Assembly: GCF_009834535.1 (NCBI RefSeq)
Contig: NC_045697.1
Location: forward strand, 46,006,001 to 46,070,000
Length of the DNA: 64,000 nucleotides
Reading direction: 5' to 3'
Origin: Camelus ferus
Lineage: Eukaryota
Shown here: positions 12,762 to 26,689 of the stretch, piece after piece
Layout: the number at the start of each line of letters is the position of its first letter
How positions within the stretch are numbered: the stretch's first letter is position 1
Notes under the pieces: generated by a model
Told to the model about the DNA's origin: nothing
Databases searched by the model: none
What the model saw: the letters and a program-made list of their open reading frames with translations, nothing else
Translations under genes and position numbers: made by a program

Positions 12762-13910
12762 ATAGAGAGAGAATGAGAAGAAAAGCCACAGACTGGGAGA
12801 AAATATTTGCAAAAGACACATCTGATAAAGGACTGTTCTCCAAAATATACAGAGAACTCTTAAAACTAAACAAGAAACAAAAATGACCTGATCAAAAAAA
12901 ATTGAGCCAAAGACCTTAACAGACACTCACAAAAGAAGATATACAGGTGGCAAATAAGCACATGAAAAGATGTTGCACCTCATATGCCATCAGGGAAATG
13001 CAAATTAAAAAAACAATAAGATACCACTACACACTAATTAGAATACCCAAAACCTAAAAAACTGACAACAGCAGATACTGACAAGGATGTGGAGCAGTAA
13101 CAGTTCTCATTCATTGCTGGTGGGTATGCAAAATGTTATAGTCACTCTGGAAGACAGTTTGGCAGTTGTTTACAAAATTTGACGCATCCCTACCACATGA
13201 TCCAGCAATTGTGTTCCTTGGTATCTACCCAAAGGTGTTGAAACTTAGGTCCACACAAAACATGCACATGGATGTTTATATCAGCTTTATTCATAACTGC
13301 CAAAACTTAGAAGTAACCAAGATGTCCTTCAGCAGATGAATGGGCAAATAAGCAAACTGTGGTACATCCAGACAAGCAAATATTCAACACTCAAAAGAAA
13401 TGAGGTATCAAGCCATGAAAAGACATGGAGGAAACTTAAATGCATATTACTAAACGAAAAAAGCCAATGTGAAAAGGCTGCGTTCTGTATGATTATAAAG
13501 ATACGACGTTCTGGAAAAGGCAAAACTATGGAGACAGTTAAAAAAAGAAAGAAAGAAAAACCAGGAATTAGGGGCAGGAATAGATGGAACAGAGAGGATG
13601 TTTAGAGCAGTGGAAATACTCTGTATGACACCATACTAACGGATACATGTCCTTACACATTTGTCCAAATTCACAGAATGTACATCAAGAGTGAACCATA
13701 TGTAAGCTATGAATTTTGAGCGATTACAATGTCTCAACATAGGTTCATCAACGGTACAAATGTACCACTCTGGTAGGGGATGCTGATAAATGGGGGAGGC
13801 TATGAATGTGTGGGAGGAAGGCATATGGGAAGTCGCTATACCTCTCTCTCAATATTTCTGTGAGCCTAAAACTCCTTTTAAAAAAAAAATGAAGCCTTAA
13901 TTAAAATATA
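12762..13910 (+). mobile_element. L1MC-like ORF2 end and 3' UTR
   Basis: Translates to RMRRKATDWEKIFAKDTSDKGL (L1 ORF2 C-terminus). L1MC-type 3' UTR and A-tail near 13880. Confidence 0.85.
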
Positions 13911-16900
13911 TATATAAAAACAAAATTCAAAAATTTGTTTCATTCAGATTCAATATGCTGAGATAGGATTATACACAAATTAGTAATCCACTATATAAAT
14001 GGCAGTAATTTTTATGCAAGTGGTAAACAAGAATATTTTTTTATTTGACTTCTTTTGCAGAATTATCTGGGGAAAAATCCAGAAGAAGAAAATTAGTAAC
14101 AACTTCTAAACTTCATTAAGTCATTTTTTAGGCCTAAACCACATATTAGCTAATCCAGAAAGACTGTCAAATTTTCATTAGATATGTTGTCACAGCCACA
14201 GCCACAACTGTAATATTACCAAGTAGCATTAGATAGAGGTTATATTTTCATTTTTAAGTTGACTTAATTCAGCAAATACTTATTGCACAACTACAAGATG
14301 TTAGGTGAATTTTTTTTAAAGTGTGACACTGTCTTTCTAATTTTATTAATTTATCTCTATTCCTTCAATACAACTACTACTTCAGCACATCTGTGTTCCA
14401 GCCAGTGGTCTGGGTTGGGAGGGTCACTGGTGAACCAAAAAGGCCAGTGGTCCCTTTATGGTCCTTAACACAAACGTACATGAAACTATTCACATAGAAC
14501 ACAATGCCAAAATGAAGAGCATATGTAATTAAAATAAGTCAAGAGAGAGGAAATTCCTCTAAGTTACTCCAAGAGTAGTTCCATGTGGATGCTGGGGTTA
14601 GAGAAGGGGCTAGAAACAGAAGTAGAAGATGGCAGCTAGTAGAATATAATATGTATCCTTCAGAGGAAGGGGTAGGGAGGGTGCCGTGCTCCGTGACAAT
14701 ACTTCTGCCACAGCACTCCGTCCACATCTGTTCTACCTTGTATAGTTGCACATGAGATTTCATTTGCAAAAAGATTCTGCTGAAGGAAAACCAAAAAACA
14801 AAAAACTCTGGAAATCACTGACCTGATTACTGTGCTTCATTTTATTCCTTAAACTTGATGAAAGACAACTTTAGCATTATGTGAAAAATCTTTTGATTAT
14901 TATGAATTAAGTTTTAAATTAGTTTCCATTTAAAAATTAGATTTGGAATAATATTCTTCTTTAGTTGCATTTTCCAGACGTGTGCCCTACAGCAGAAATG
15001 CCCATCCATTTCCAGCATGCCCCTTCACACCCTCTCCAAGACAAAGATGAGTTTCCTTTTCAGAGGAGATATTCATGCTGGTTAAGAGGACAATGGACTA
15101 TACACTTTGCTCTCTTAGCCAGAAGTGACTGGATCTGGGTCAGTCGCATTTTTGGTCCTGGAAATTCGCAGTTGTGACGCACTACTTTTACGAGTTTCTG
15201 ATTGCTTGAACAGGAAGTCAAATAAAGTTGTGTCAGTCACTCTACGGCATAAACACAGAGAAGCAGAGAAGCAGATTTGTAGCTAAAGACAGAAAAGAAT
15301 GACACAGACAGGCAGACAAAAGAAGAAGTGAGTGACCATGAGACACTGGAGAAACACAGAAAGCAAACTTCATTCCCAACTTTTGAGTTCCTGGGTTCTG
15401 GTGCCTTATGAGACCCAGCTATAAAATGCGCTTCTGTTCCTTTCATCCAGAACCCTAAGGCATCTACTCTCCACAGCCCCTCCAGTTTCGTGGTCCCTTC
15501 ATTGTCCCAGATTTTTCCTCCTCTTTTTTTACTCTTGTAGAGTGAGTTTCAGCTCTCAGACGTCTCTTTGTACAAACAGGGTTTTACTAAAGGTAAAAGC
15601 TACATTTGCAGCTTTTAGCCCCTGTCTGCAGAACTGCAACCATCTCCATCTCCTGAAACCCACCTTCGCAGGTGTCACAGGTGAGCTCGTGCACAGTCTT
15701 GTTATCTTACCCATTCTGGTCCCTCTCAGGAAGGCCTGCTCCTCTGCACTGTCATTTAAGGGTAAGACTTCAAAGCTGCAGCCAGCACCACAGTCAACAT
15801 CTAAGTAATGACATTGATGTCTGGGTCTATAGTGGATCCATGCTTGCTGTCCAATTCCACTCCCTCCATTCCCTCTTAAGCCCGTTCCAGTTAGACTTTT
15901 ACCCCTATTATTGATGTCATTGCACAGGCAGCTTTGGGATGCAAACCACCTTCTTCTCTAGCCTTTTAAATTCTACTGATAAATCTTAGTTATAAGCCTA
16001 GAAATTTTTTAAGGGTCTGTTTAAGAAGCCTTTGATTGATTGACATTTGGTTCCATTTATAAAATTAAATACCTTCAAATATATGAAAGTGCATTCATAA
16101 ATTCAATATACTCAATTTCCTTTTTAAATACTTGAATTTGTCTTATTAGGAAAAAACTCTCCGAAGTACTTTAGCAATTTTTGTATATTTAGTAAATTAA
16201 ACATATAAAAAGGACAATCTTAAATTCTCTTAAATGTTCCCATACAACATATAAATTTAGAAACATTTATACATAAAACCACAAGTTGAAACTACTTACT
16301 CAATTACATATTTTAATTTGAAGCTACTAGGGTATCATTTTAAAGGCTGAAATTTGCTCATTTTAAGCAAATATAATACTAATTATGAACAGATTCTTCC
16401 CTAACACACAAATACAAATGCTCTAATTTTGAGTCTTAAACACTTTTATACTCCATTTTAAATCTTCTTGAGTTTGAAAAAAATGCATACCCATTAAGGA
16501 AAACAATCATCATCCCAATTAATAGACATTACTTTAACCAGAGATTTGATAAAAGAGTGAACAGCCAGATGGGTGGATATTGTGTGTGGGTCGAGGTGCC
16601 ATTTCCTGATCCAGCAAGTAAGAGACATATACCTACCTGCTGCCGCATTCCCCAAAATCCTCAACGGACATAAGCTGCTGGGAGGAACGCCGCTATTTCC
16701 AGTATGGCTCCTTGTGTGTGCCCACATCTCGTAGTCACCCTATTTAACATAGATCCTTTAGCTCTCTCTCCCCATAGCAAGCTCCATGGCACTACACTTG
16801 CCAAGTGAGAATGAATCTCTCCCACCTCTGTGCTTCTGGAATATGTTGTTTTTACTTCTCTTATTCCAGTTAGCGCATTCTGCTTCAAGGAATATATTTA

Positions 16901-17194
16901 GTTGAATTTATGTGTTAACCTCCTTTCTGATCTGGAAGTTCTTCAATGAAAGGGGCTTTTCCATGCTTAACTTTTATCCTAAAATGTGTCACACAAAACA
17001 GATTCATTTAGTAGTATCTTGTAACATATTTATTTGAATTGTAAAGGTTTTATGGCAAGTGTTTAATAAGCAAAAAAAAAATAAGACCTGTATATTGACT
17101 CAGACTATTAATTAGAAATGAAGTACAGAAAGCTTGGGACAATTGAAATGATGATTGAGATTTTCACAAGCAAGTGGTCTCAAACAGACAGGAA

Positions 17195-17500
17195 GCACAG
17201 TATGAGGCAAAAAGCATGGTCACAAGATTGCAAAGGTATGAATCCTTACTCTTCCATTTACTAGCGGGGTGATCTAGAGGTAGTTACTTAACGTCTCTGT
17301 GACTGTGGTCTACATCCCACATACTCAGTTTCTTATTCCATAAAAGGGGCCTAATTAAGGCCCCCTCATAGGACAACGATGGGGATTAGATGAGATAATC
17401 TAGACTATCTCATTTGGAGGAATACCTGTCATACAGGAAGAAACCGCTGCATAGAACACACCATAGATGATGCCCTCTGTGGCACTAATAAATGTTATCC
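17195..17500 (+). mobile_element. MIR relic
   Basis: Motifs ccatttactagc...gttacttaacgtctctgtg, ctcagtttcttatt and ggattagatgagataat. Confidence 0.6.
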
Positions 17501-18929
17501 ATTATCTTTCTCTTTACTATGAAGTAAGTGTAAATTATGGAATGCAAAAGAGAAACTGGGCAAAGAGAATTCTTATCCTAGAAAATAACACTCAGGGCCT
17601 CTTAACAATATTCTCCTGATAAAGCTTTCCAAGGATAAGATGACATCACAGCAATGAGACAGTAACCAAACCCACTGAAAGAATTCACGTTTCTGCTACC
17701 CTAACAAATTAAGAGTGCATAGTACATAGCCCCAGGTTCTTTAAAGTTTTTCATGGAATAAATTAATGAGAAGGGTAACATTTTTCTAAAAACAAGATAA
17801 ACGCTGTAGTATGTTAACTGCTAATTTTTAAATTTTAAAAAGATCGTTTATATCCCTTTATCTCTTTGAATTTTCCCAGAAGTATTTTTTACTAGAAATA
17901 CAAAGAGCTGGAATAAGTTAAACTCTAAACAAACTTTAGGTAGTGATAAAATTAAATGAAGTATTGACTGAGGACAGTTAATAATTAGTGAATCAAACAT
18001 CACATTAAACATATACTATGCTATTTATTTAAATTTCCTCTAAAATACTTATAATATCACTTTGTGTTTAACTAAATTGTGGAAGTTTGCAATATTCCAT
18101 GTCACTCATGCCTTTAGGAAGTGTCAATGCTCAAACTACAAAATTTATTTGAATTGTAAAGTTTTATGATTCATGTGGCCACCATTCAGATGTCTTAATT
18201 AGGGATCAAATGGCCAAAGGAAATAACCATCTCTGGTTACACACAATGCTGCTTTAGTGAAGGGGAGCAACTTAATTATGACACATATCACGAAACATCA
18301 CCAAATTTCCCTTCAAACCTAAGTCTTGGTCATCATTCATTCAACACGCATTTCCTTATATTCTCCTAATGATGATTATTACTTTTGTACCCACATTCTA
18401 TTCTTAATATTAACAAAAACTGCCATTATCAATGGAGAATACTTCTAAATGTGTACAATTTCTCCATAGAATAAAACAAAGAAACAAAAAAGAAGGCCAA
18501 ACAAAAATTCTGCCTTTGTCACTGACTCTTTGAAGGGCCTAAAGTTAGTAACTAAATTCTCTAAGTCTTGGTTTCCTTATCTTTGAAAGGAGAAAAATAC
18601 CATCTCCCTGCGATTGAGATAATTTAGTGTGATGCCCGACCTTCCCTATAGTAGCAGCTGGTATAATTTCCTGAATAATTACTCCATTCAGAAAGCCCAG
18701 GGAAGAAAGAACATACGTACTATAGTTCTACAAATGAGCAGGTGAGAAATACTTTCTCCTCTCTGGTCCAGTTGCTAATACTATGGAGTTAGGAGGAGAT
18801 CAGAGACGCTCAAGGAGACACCGGGTAGACCTCTGATCTCTGCCTTTGCTGAATTCTAGCTTCTGTCCTTGGATACATACTCCTAACTGACTGTCTTCCA
18901 GGTAACTCCACAAGAATAGAAATAACATG

Positions 18930-19530
18930 CACTGAATCTTGAAGTTGGAAGAGTTTCAAAAAGAGAAACAGGGCAGCTCCCTGCACTGCGATGGAAGACA
19001 CTCACAGCATCCTAGGCAGAGGGCTCTCTATTCCTAGTTTCAAAGATCTCTAAGGACTGAACTCCCCCATATTCCTTGGTTACCTGTTTCAATGTTTAAT
19101 CCCTTCTTTATAGTTATATCCATCTTTATGACCAACTGAACTTTTTCTCTTGCTACAATTTAAAACTATTTCCTTTTATTTGGTCTCCTGTGGAGGTAAA
19201 AGAACATCTGTTCTGCATCTTCCATGTAATAACCTTTCAAATGCTTGAAGACAGTTAAATCACCCCTTAGTCTTCCCTTCTCCAAGTTAAACAGTCCTGA
19301 TCCCACTGAGCCCTCTCTTAGGAGCTAGTCCCCATTCCTTACATCACTTTTGCTGATCTTCGCTGGACCTTCTCCAGAGTCTCCATATACTTTGCCAAAT
19401 GCAAAGACCAAAATCGAACACAGCAAAAATGCCAAATAAAGCAGAAGGATTACTTTTCACTTCTGTATCCCTCTCTTGATAAAACATTCCAAGTGGTGTG
19501 CTTGCCCTTTTTTCCAAAAATATATTGCTC
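18930..19530 (-). mobile_element. L3/CR1 LINE relic
   Basis: CR1-type antisense motifs cctttcaaatgcttgaagacagttaaatcaccccttagtcttcccttctccaagttaaac. Confidence 0.7.
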
Positions 19531-20639
19531 TTTCTAATCCTCTTTGCTTTGTAATCATGTACGCTATCATTTTGTGGTACCTTTCTCCAAGGCTCAGATC
19601 AGATTTCAGGTGCTTCAAATAATTCCTCCCTGTCAGAAAGGACCAAATTTAGAAGCGCATAGCTTTGGAACATTTTTCTACCTTCTTTAAAAGCTAAAAT
19701 AGAAAAGCTGTGAAAACAAAATCAAAATTCATACAATCCGTGACAAAACCATCAACATTTACATTCTGATGACATTTAAGAAGTATGTTTTCTTCGTATG
19801 TATGTAGAAATCCATTTTCTTCTAGTTTAAGAATGATATAATCTGACAGATCTTGTAGGAATAACTTGTTAAGAAGTAATAACAACAACACAGATAAAAA
19901 AAGGTTAAATTTTATGGATGAATTTGTCAATAACTTTGTAAAAATGGTGAATCCTAGTACATTTTAAATCTGGTTTGAGTTTTGCAATTTTAATCTAGAC
20001 TCTACCTTCTAATAATGCACATTAAAAATACACTTTCTGACACCTATATTGCTTTCAATGTTTGAATATATTTATCAAGGGTTATGTTTCTGAGGATTTT
20101 AGAGTTGCCAATAACTCTAATTTTTTATTTTGAACTATCATAAATAACTATATTTGAAATCAGCTAAAATTTCTCATATTTTTTCCTTTCTTTGTTTACC
20201 TTCACGAAGGTACTGAACTATGTACAAATTCTCATTTCACAGACATTAAGCTATAGTTATATAGCTCCCTACCACATATATTTATCAGTTGTTTATAGTT
20301 TTAAAGACACCACTTGACCATTTTATTGTTCAGGAATGCTAAAACTGAAAGATGTTAAAATGAAAGTGTTACAATGATTTGAAGGAAAACACTAAAGACA
20401 ATGTCTTCATTTTAGGATTTTTTTTTTTTAATAGGGAATTTTCTTCCCAATTTCTCCCATATCATCAAAGCCTCTTTCAGGTGTCTGCTATTCTTAACCA
20501 GTCCCTCAAATAGCAGTATACGATCTAAGGAATGTGCGGAGGAGTGGCAATATGCATCTCTGCTCTATGCATGACTTAAAGCAAATGTATAAATCACTCA
20601 GTGACTCCTAATAACCTCATACCCAAGTTAATTTCACAT

Positions 20640-21410
20640 TCTGACTATCAAAAGACACTTTAAATTAAGGGAGAAGACAATGTGCAAACTGGAAGAAGCT
20701 ACCTGAAGTATATAAAGCTGAAACAAGTATAAATAAAGTATTCCTACAAGAAAATAAGAAAAGTACAAAAGAGAAACCTATATTGCCAAAAAACATATGA
20801 AGGGATTTTTCAATTCAATGCCTTTAGCAGTTAGGGAACACAAATCAATACTACAATGAGAAGTCACTTTAAAAATATTCAAATGGCAAAAAGGAAACAA
20901 ATTCTGACCATGCAAGTATTGAATGGGATGGAGAGCCAAAAGACATTTGACTAATTGGTAGTAGGAAGGCAAACTGGCTCAACTACTTCAGAAGTAGTTA
21001 AACATGCACATACTCTACAATTGATACATCCCAATGGATGGCATATGCCCAGGAGAAATGTGCATAAGGAGACATGTTCATAGCAGCTCTGTTCACAACA
21101 GCAAAACCTATAAGCAAACCAAATCCCTTTCAACAAGGATGCTTAAGACTCAGTGGTGATACCACCAACAGAATGTCACGGAGAAGGCAAAAAATAAACT
21201 GTAGCAACACACAACAACATAAATTATTCTTAGTAATAAAATATTATCTGAGAAAGTAAGTCCCAAGAGAGTATATTCAGCAGTATCATCCTTTGTAAAG
21301 TTAAAACCACTAAAATTTAAAATTGACTTTTTAGAACACATATAGACATACAATTACATAAAAAGGAAAACAAGAGGATGGTGAACACAGAATTCAGGAT
21401 GTTGGTTAAT
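20640..21410 (+). mobile_element. Ancient L1ME-like 3' fragment
   Basis: Degenerate L1 3' motifs, including atgttcatagcagctctgttcacaacagcaaaa. Confidence 0.65.
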
Positions 21411-21414
21411 TTGT

Positions 21415-21710
21415 GACTGTAAAAATGGCTCCAATTATTACAAAAATGGGCTCTGTCTTTCATAGCTCTCCCCACATCTACGCTCTTTGCAATATAATTT
21501 GGCAACCCTCTTCCATCAAGAGGCAGAGACTATTTCTTCACCCCTTGAATCTGGCCTGGCCTTGTGACTTCCCTTGGTGAATAGAACGGTACAGAAATGA
21601 CAGTGTGCCGGTTCAAGACCCAAGTCTGAGTCTCTCTCCCTTGGATCCCTACCTCTGCCAGGAGAACATGTCCATGACCCATGCTTTTGACATTCTAGAA
21701 GCAAATGTAC
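21415..21710 (+). mobile_element. MLT1 (MaLR) LTR fragment
   Basis: MLT1F/G-type ccatcaagagg...ccccttgaatctggcctggccttgtgactt. Confidence 0.7.
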
Positions 21711-22026
21711 AAGGCCCATTAAATAATCTGTGTGCTGAATGTACTGACATCCCCATGTCTACCTAAAGTTATTCCTCTTAGAGCTTATGTGTGATGTACC
21801 TTTTTTACTTTTCAATTAAGACATGGCATATCCTGATGGATAGGTATCATAAAAATATCATCCATAATTCTGAAGTTTTGATCAGCCAAAAAAAAAGGCA
21901 TGTGAGTTGATATTAATAACTACTGTCAAGGCTATATATAATAATAATAATATCTGGCATATAGTTAATACTTTTTAAGAGCTGAAAAAAAGACTAAAAA
22001 AATTAATATGCTCTTCAGAAAATCAC

Positions 22027-22370
22027 AAAGGAAATTCTGAAACATGCTACAACATGGATGAACCTTGGAGGACATCATGTTAAGTGAAATAAACCAGTAT
22101 TAAAATAGACAATAGTATATGATTCCACTTATCTGAGGTATCTTAAAGTAGTCAAAATCACAGAGACAGAAAGTAGAATGGGGGTAGTAGGGGCTGGGGG
22201 AGTGGAAAAGAGAGAGTTTTGTTCAATAGGTATAGAGTTTCAGTATCCTAAGACCAAAAAGTTCTGAAGATTGGTTGCACAATAATGTAAATATACTGTA
22301 CTGAACTGTACCCTTTAAAATGCTTAAGACTGTAAATTTTGTGTAATGTGTATTTATACCACAAATATAA
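22027..22370 (+). mobile_element. L1MA/MB-like 3' UTR
   Basis: Motifs catgctacaacatggatgaaccttggaggacatcatgttaagtgaaataa and gattccacttatctgaggta. Confidence 0.8.
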
Positions 22371-22744
22371 AGTTTATATTACACATATTTATAGATCATG
22401 TATGTTATATATGATACATAAATGCTACTTAGCTATTGACCTGTTAATCATTGCCATTGATTCTCAATCTAACTTAGGAGCAATTTTCCTAAGTACTAAT
22501 TACACATAGAAGTTAAGTTTTTAGAAGATATAAGTAGGTATAGGTTTTGATAATGTGATTTTTTTTAAAAGAAGGTAGATTCAAAATGCATGAGATAAGT
22601 TACTGAAGCTATGGGCGCCATACCTGGGACTCCATTGGCAATGCGAGATAAACATCAATGTTGCAAATTCAGCGACAAACCGTTTTACTGCTACTTCATC
22701 CGTAATACATCTAGCATCTGGCACTCTGAAGTCCTGAATCAAAA

Positions 22745-23130
22745 AGTCATTTATTCAACTAGTAGTTGAGAACTTACTATTTATCGGGCACTAAGGTTGA
22801 CTGGTGAGACAGTGGTGAACAAAAGAAATATACCTGCTCATACAGAGCTTACTTGTAGTTGAGGAGAAAGACGGCATATATCAATCAATCAAGACAAACA
22901 AAAACCTATTAAGACCTCAGAGAAAAATAAAATAGAGCAACGTTGTAGCAAGCAACTGTGTGGCTAGTTTGGACTGACAGTCTGGGGATACCTCCACTGA
23001 GATACTGAGATATGGACTGTTGATCTGAATGACCGAGAGAAGACAGCCACATAATGATCAATCAGGCAGAAGAGTTTTCCGAATAAAAAGAAGAGCCAGT
23101 GCAGAGTCTGTGCCAGGAACAAGCTTCATC
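22745..23130 (-). mobile_element. L2 LINE relic
   Basis: L2-type 3' end (tcatttattcaac...gagacagtggtgaacaaaag) followed by degenerate L2 body. Confidence 0.55.
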
Positions 23131-23879
23131 TTCACAAAAGAAATAAACCAGAACTATCAGTTGGTACTAAAAAATAGAAGAAAAGGATTCAAAAGAGCAG
23201 AATCATTTTAAACCTATAAATAACAGCCCTGGACTCCATAAACAAATTACTGCCTCTAATCTAGCCCCTTTTGCTTGAAGATTATTAACTTGTTACAAGC
23301 AGAAACAATCCCTACTAAAAGGAAATGTTTTGTTGCACCTATGTAAACAAATTTTATTTATTTATTGCTGTAGGGTTTTCCAAAATTATTTACATTTAGA
23401 ATATTATTAAATCACATAAAAACATGTTTTAAAGGAGTCCAAATTTATTCTTAGGCTGAGAAAGTTTATTATCGCTATCCAAATCCAGGTGCAAAAACAT
23501 TTTTGCTAATGTTACAAATTCACTACTTAGAGAGAAAAGCTACCCAAACACACCTGCACCTTTTCAGAACTGATTTAATATTGTGTTAAAGTAAACATAT
23601 TAAGGACATGAATGTTTAGTCATCAAAAGTCTGTATTGCCCAATTTGCTACTTAAAGTAAATGAAACAAGCTACCCAGATTCTGATAAAGATAAACCTGC
23701 ATTTCATGACTCCCTTTCCAAATCCAATATTACCAGGTAGTAATTGGTGCTTATGATTTCACCTTAGTATTAGCTTGGTCATACAACTCACATGATTGAG
23801 AACACATAGAGTATAATGTAAAAGGAAGAGGCTATGTGCTGAGGATAAGGCATTTAGTGACCTTATTTCATTAAATGAG

Positions 23880-24745
23880 GCAATGAAGTGTAGTAGTTAC
23901 GAATCCAGGATCCAACACCAGACTGCTTGGGCTTTCATCCTACAACTGCCTCTCAATGGTTGTTTAAACTGATATGTAAACTCTAAGTACTCAGCTTTTC
24001 CACTGTAAAATGGAGATAATTATATTGACAAGGTGGTTGTCAACATTAAATAAGCTAAAACATATACTAAATGCTCCAATCAAAAGACATAGAGTGGCAG
24101 ACTGGATAATAAAGCAAGAACCTTCAAAATGCTGCATACAAGAGACCCACTTTAGGGAGAAGGACACATATAGATTAAGAGTGAAAGGATGGAAAAGGAT
24201 ATTCCATGCAAATGGAAAAGCCAAAAGAGCAAGTGTAGCAGTACTGATTTCAGACAAAATAGACTTTAAAACAAAGGCCATAAAGAAAGATAAAGAAGGA
24301 CATTTTATAATGATTAAAGGAGTGATACAAGATGAGGATATTACACTCGTTAATATATATGCACCCAATATAGGAGCACCTAAGTACATAAAACAATTAC
24401 TAACAGAGATAAAGGGGGAAATTGATGGGAATACAATCATTGTTGGAGATTCTAACACTGCATTAACATCACTAGACAGATCTTCCAGACAGAAAATAAA
24501 TAAGGCAACAGAGAAATTAAATGATACAATAGAAAAATTGGATTTGGTGGATATTTTCAGAGCATTACACCCCCCAAAAATAGGATATACATTCTTTTCA
24601 AGTGCACATGGAACATTTTCTAGGATTTATCATGTACTTGGGCACAAAAGAAGCCTCAACAATTTTAAGAAGATAGAAATTATCTCAAAACATAAAATGC
24701 TCTAAAGTGCCTGGCACACGTCAGCAAATGATAGTTACAATACTA
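23880..24745 (+). mobile_element. MIR split by an L1 fragment (MIR parts ~23880-24064 and 24687-24745)
   Basis: ctcagcttttccactgtaaaatggagataat...attaaataagctaaaacata, continuing after the insert as aaatgctctaaagtgcctggcacacg. Confidence 0.7.
24066..24686 (+). mobile_element. Internal L1 ORF2 endonuclease-domain fragment; frame open, no poly(A) tail
   Basis: Translates LNAPIKRHRVADWI...CCIQETH...NIYAPN...VGDSNT...HGTFSRIYH...KIEIIS. Flanked by AAAACATA at 24057-24064 and 24687-24694. Confidence 0.93.
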
Positions 24746-24954
24746 CTAATTATTATTATTATTATATATTATACACAAAACACACTCAGATCAGTGTACT
24801 GAAAGACTATTCCCTCACATGAAAGTCTGCTTCTTAATACATACATACATATATATATATATATCAATGATATATGAATATATCATATCAACATATAGAT
24901 ACAAAGAAAAAGAGAATATATAAACTAAATCAAGTACAAATTAAAAAGTCATAA

Positions 24955-25525
24955 TGTTAGAGTAGGCAGATAGCTAGATATGAGCAGAGAAATGAGGACA
25001 CAGACCAAATGACAGAAATTGGGCAGAAAGGAGGGCCACAGGCCAAATGCAGGAATCCATACATCATATAGGCACCAGGAGTCCCTGGGCAGAGAAAGAG
25101 AAGCAGGAACCTCTGGGCTGATAAGTGGTTACACATTTGGAGGTGATAAGCAGCCCAGAGGCCAAAAAAAGAAAGGTGGAAAAAGGCAAGAATCTCCAGT
25201 GTCCGAATGTAACCTTTTGCTCATTATGCCCTCATTTCAATAAAATTAGCCTGGCAGACTAGAAGTACCCATCATGCACCGACACCATGACTCTTCTGAT
25301 ACAGACTAAATAAGGACAAAAATCCCTCCTCCCTTTGGGAAGGTGGAGTTGGGATGAAAATCTGACCCCAGACCCTTCCCTCCCTAATGAATATTCTGCC
25401 TATTCATTTTTACACCCCATGGTAACAACTTGCCAAAAAAACCTCAGGGCAGCCGCTCACCTGAGCCTGCCCTCTCTCCCCTTGAGAGTGTACTATCCAT
25501 CCTTTAATAAATTCTCACTTTACTG
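24955..25525 (+). mobile_element. ERV1 LTR (MER41/MER50-like), U5 missing
   Basis: Starts TGTTAGAGTAGGCAGATAG. AATAAA at 25506. Similarity stops ~15 nt later with no terminal CA or TSD. Confidence 0.7.
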
Positions 25526-25529
25526 TAAA

Positions 25530-26665
25530 TCCAAATTTAAAAACAAAACAAAACAAAAAAATCCTTGACCCTTACCTTGAAAAATATACCAAAAAAAAAA
25601 AAAAAAACCCTCAAAGTTGATTATATATCTAAATACAAAACCTGCAACTCTAAAAGTTCTAGAAGAAAATATAGGAAAAAATATTTGTGACCTTGTAATA
25701 CTCAAATATTACACACACAAAATAACCCTGAACCACAAAGGAAAATTGTTAAGTTGTGCTTCATCTCAATTAAAATCTTCTACTATTTGAAAGACACCGT
25801 TAAAAAAAAAATTTTAAATGCACAGAGAGAATATATTTACAAAATGTGTATCTGGCAAAGAACTTGTAACCAGAATATATAAAGAACACTTATAGTCAAT
25901 AATAAAAAGATATTTCACCAAAGAAGACTTATGGATGACGAAGAAGCACATCAAAAGATGCTCAGTATCATTCATTAGTAGGGAACTACATGTTAAACTA
26001 TAATCCAATACCAACCACTATACCTGCTATCTTGGCTGAAGTTATTAACCCGAAAATACCATGTGCACTGTCTGGGAAGTACAAATGGAAGTCTCATACG
26101 TTGCTAATGAGAAAGTAATACACTTTGGAAACCCATTTGAAAATTTCTTATAAAATTAAATATACACCTGCCATATGAACGAGCAATCCCCTCTTGGGTA
26201 TTTACCTAAGATAATATATGTCTTTACAAAGACCTATTTGCAAATATTTACATCAGGTTTATCAGAGAAGCCTAAAACTAACAACCAACTATCCATCAAG
26301 TGGAGAAAGGATGGATACACAAATCATTGTCCATCCATAAAATAAAATATTACTCAGCAAAAGAACAACAAATATGCATGTAACCACATAGTCTCAAAAG
26401 CCTTATACTTAGTGAAAAAATGGCTCCATACTGTATGATTCCATTTATATGCCATTCTGGAAAAGGCAAAACTCTAGGTACAGAAATCAGGCAAGTGGTT
26501 GTCAGGAACTGACAGGAAGGCATAAATACAAGGGCGTGAGGAAACTTTTGGGGGTGATAGAAATGTTCTTATCTTGATTTTGGTAGGGGTCACACTACTG
26601 TATTTGTCAGAACTCATCAAATTAAATACTTTAAAAACACCAATAAATCTGACTCTTAAAAATGA
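25530..26665 (+). mobile_element. Old L1 (L1MC/ME-like) 3' fragment
   Basis: Degenerate ORF2 end and 3' UTR (ctgtatgattccatttatatgccattctggaaaaggcaaaact). Confidence 0.75.
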
Positions 26666-26689
26666 ATCATAAAATTATAAAAATAAAAG

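Noticed and set aside
24955..25561. U5-less LTR followed by an A-rich run as an L1-processed ERV transcript
   Set aside because: It starts exactly at the LTR TG, no long TSD was found, and the A-run fits the adjacent L1. Later deletion is the simpler explanation.
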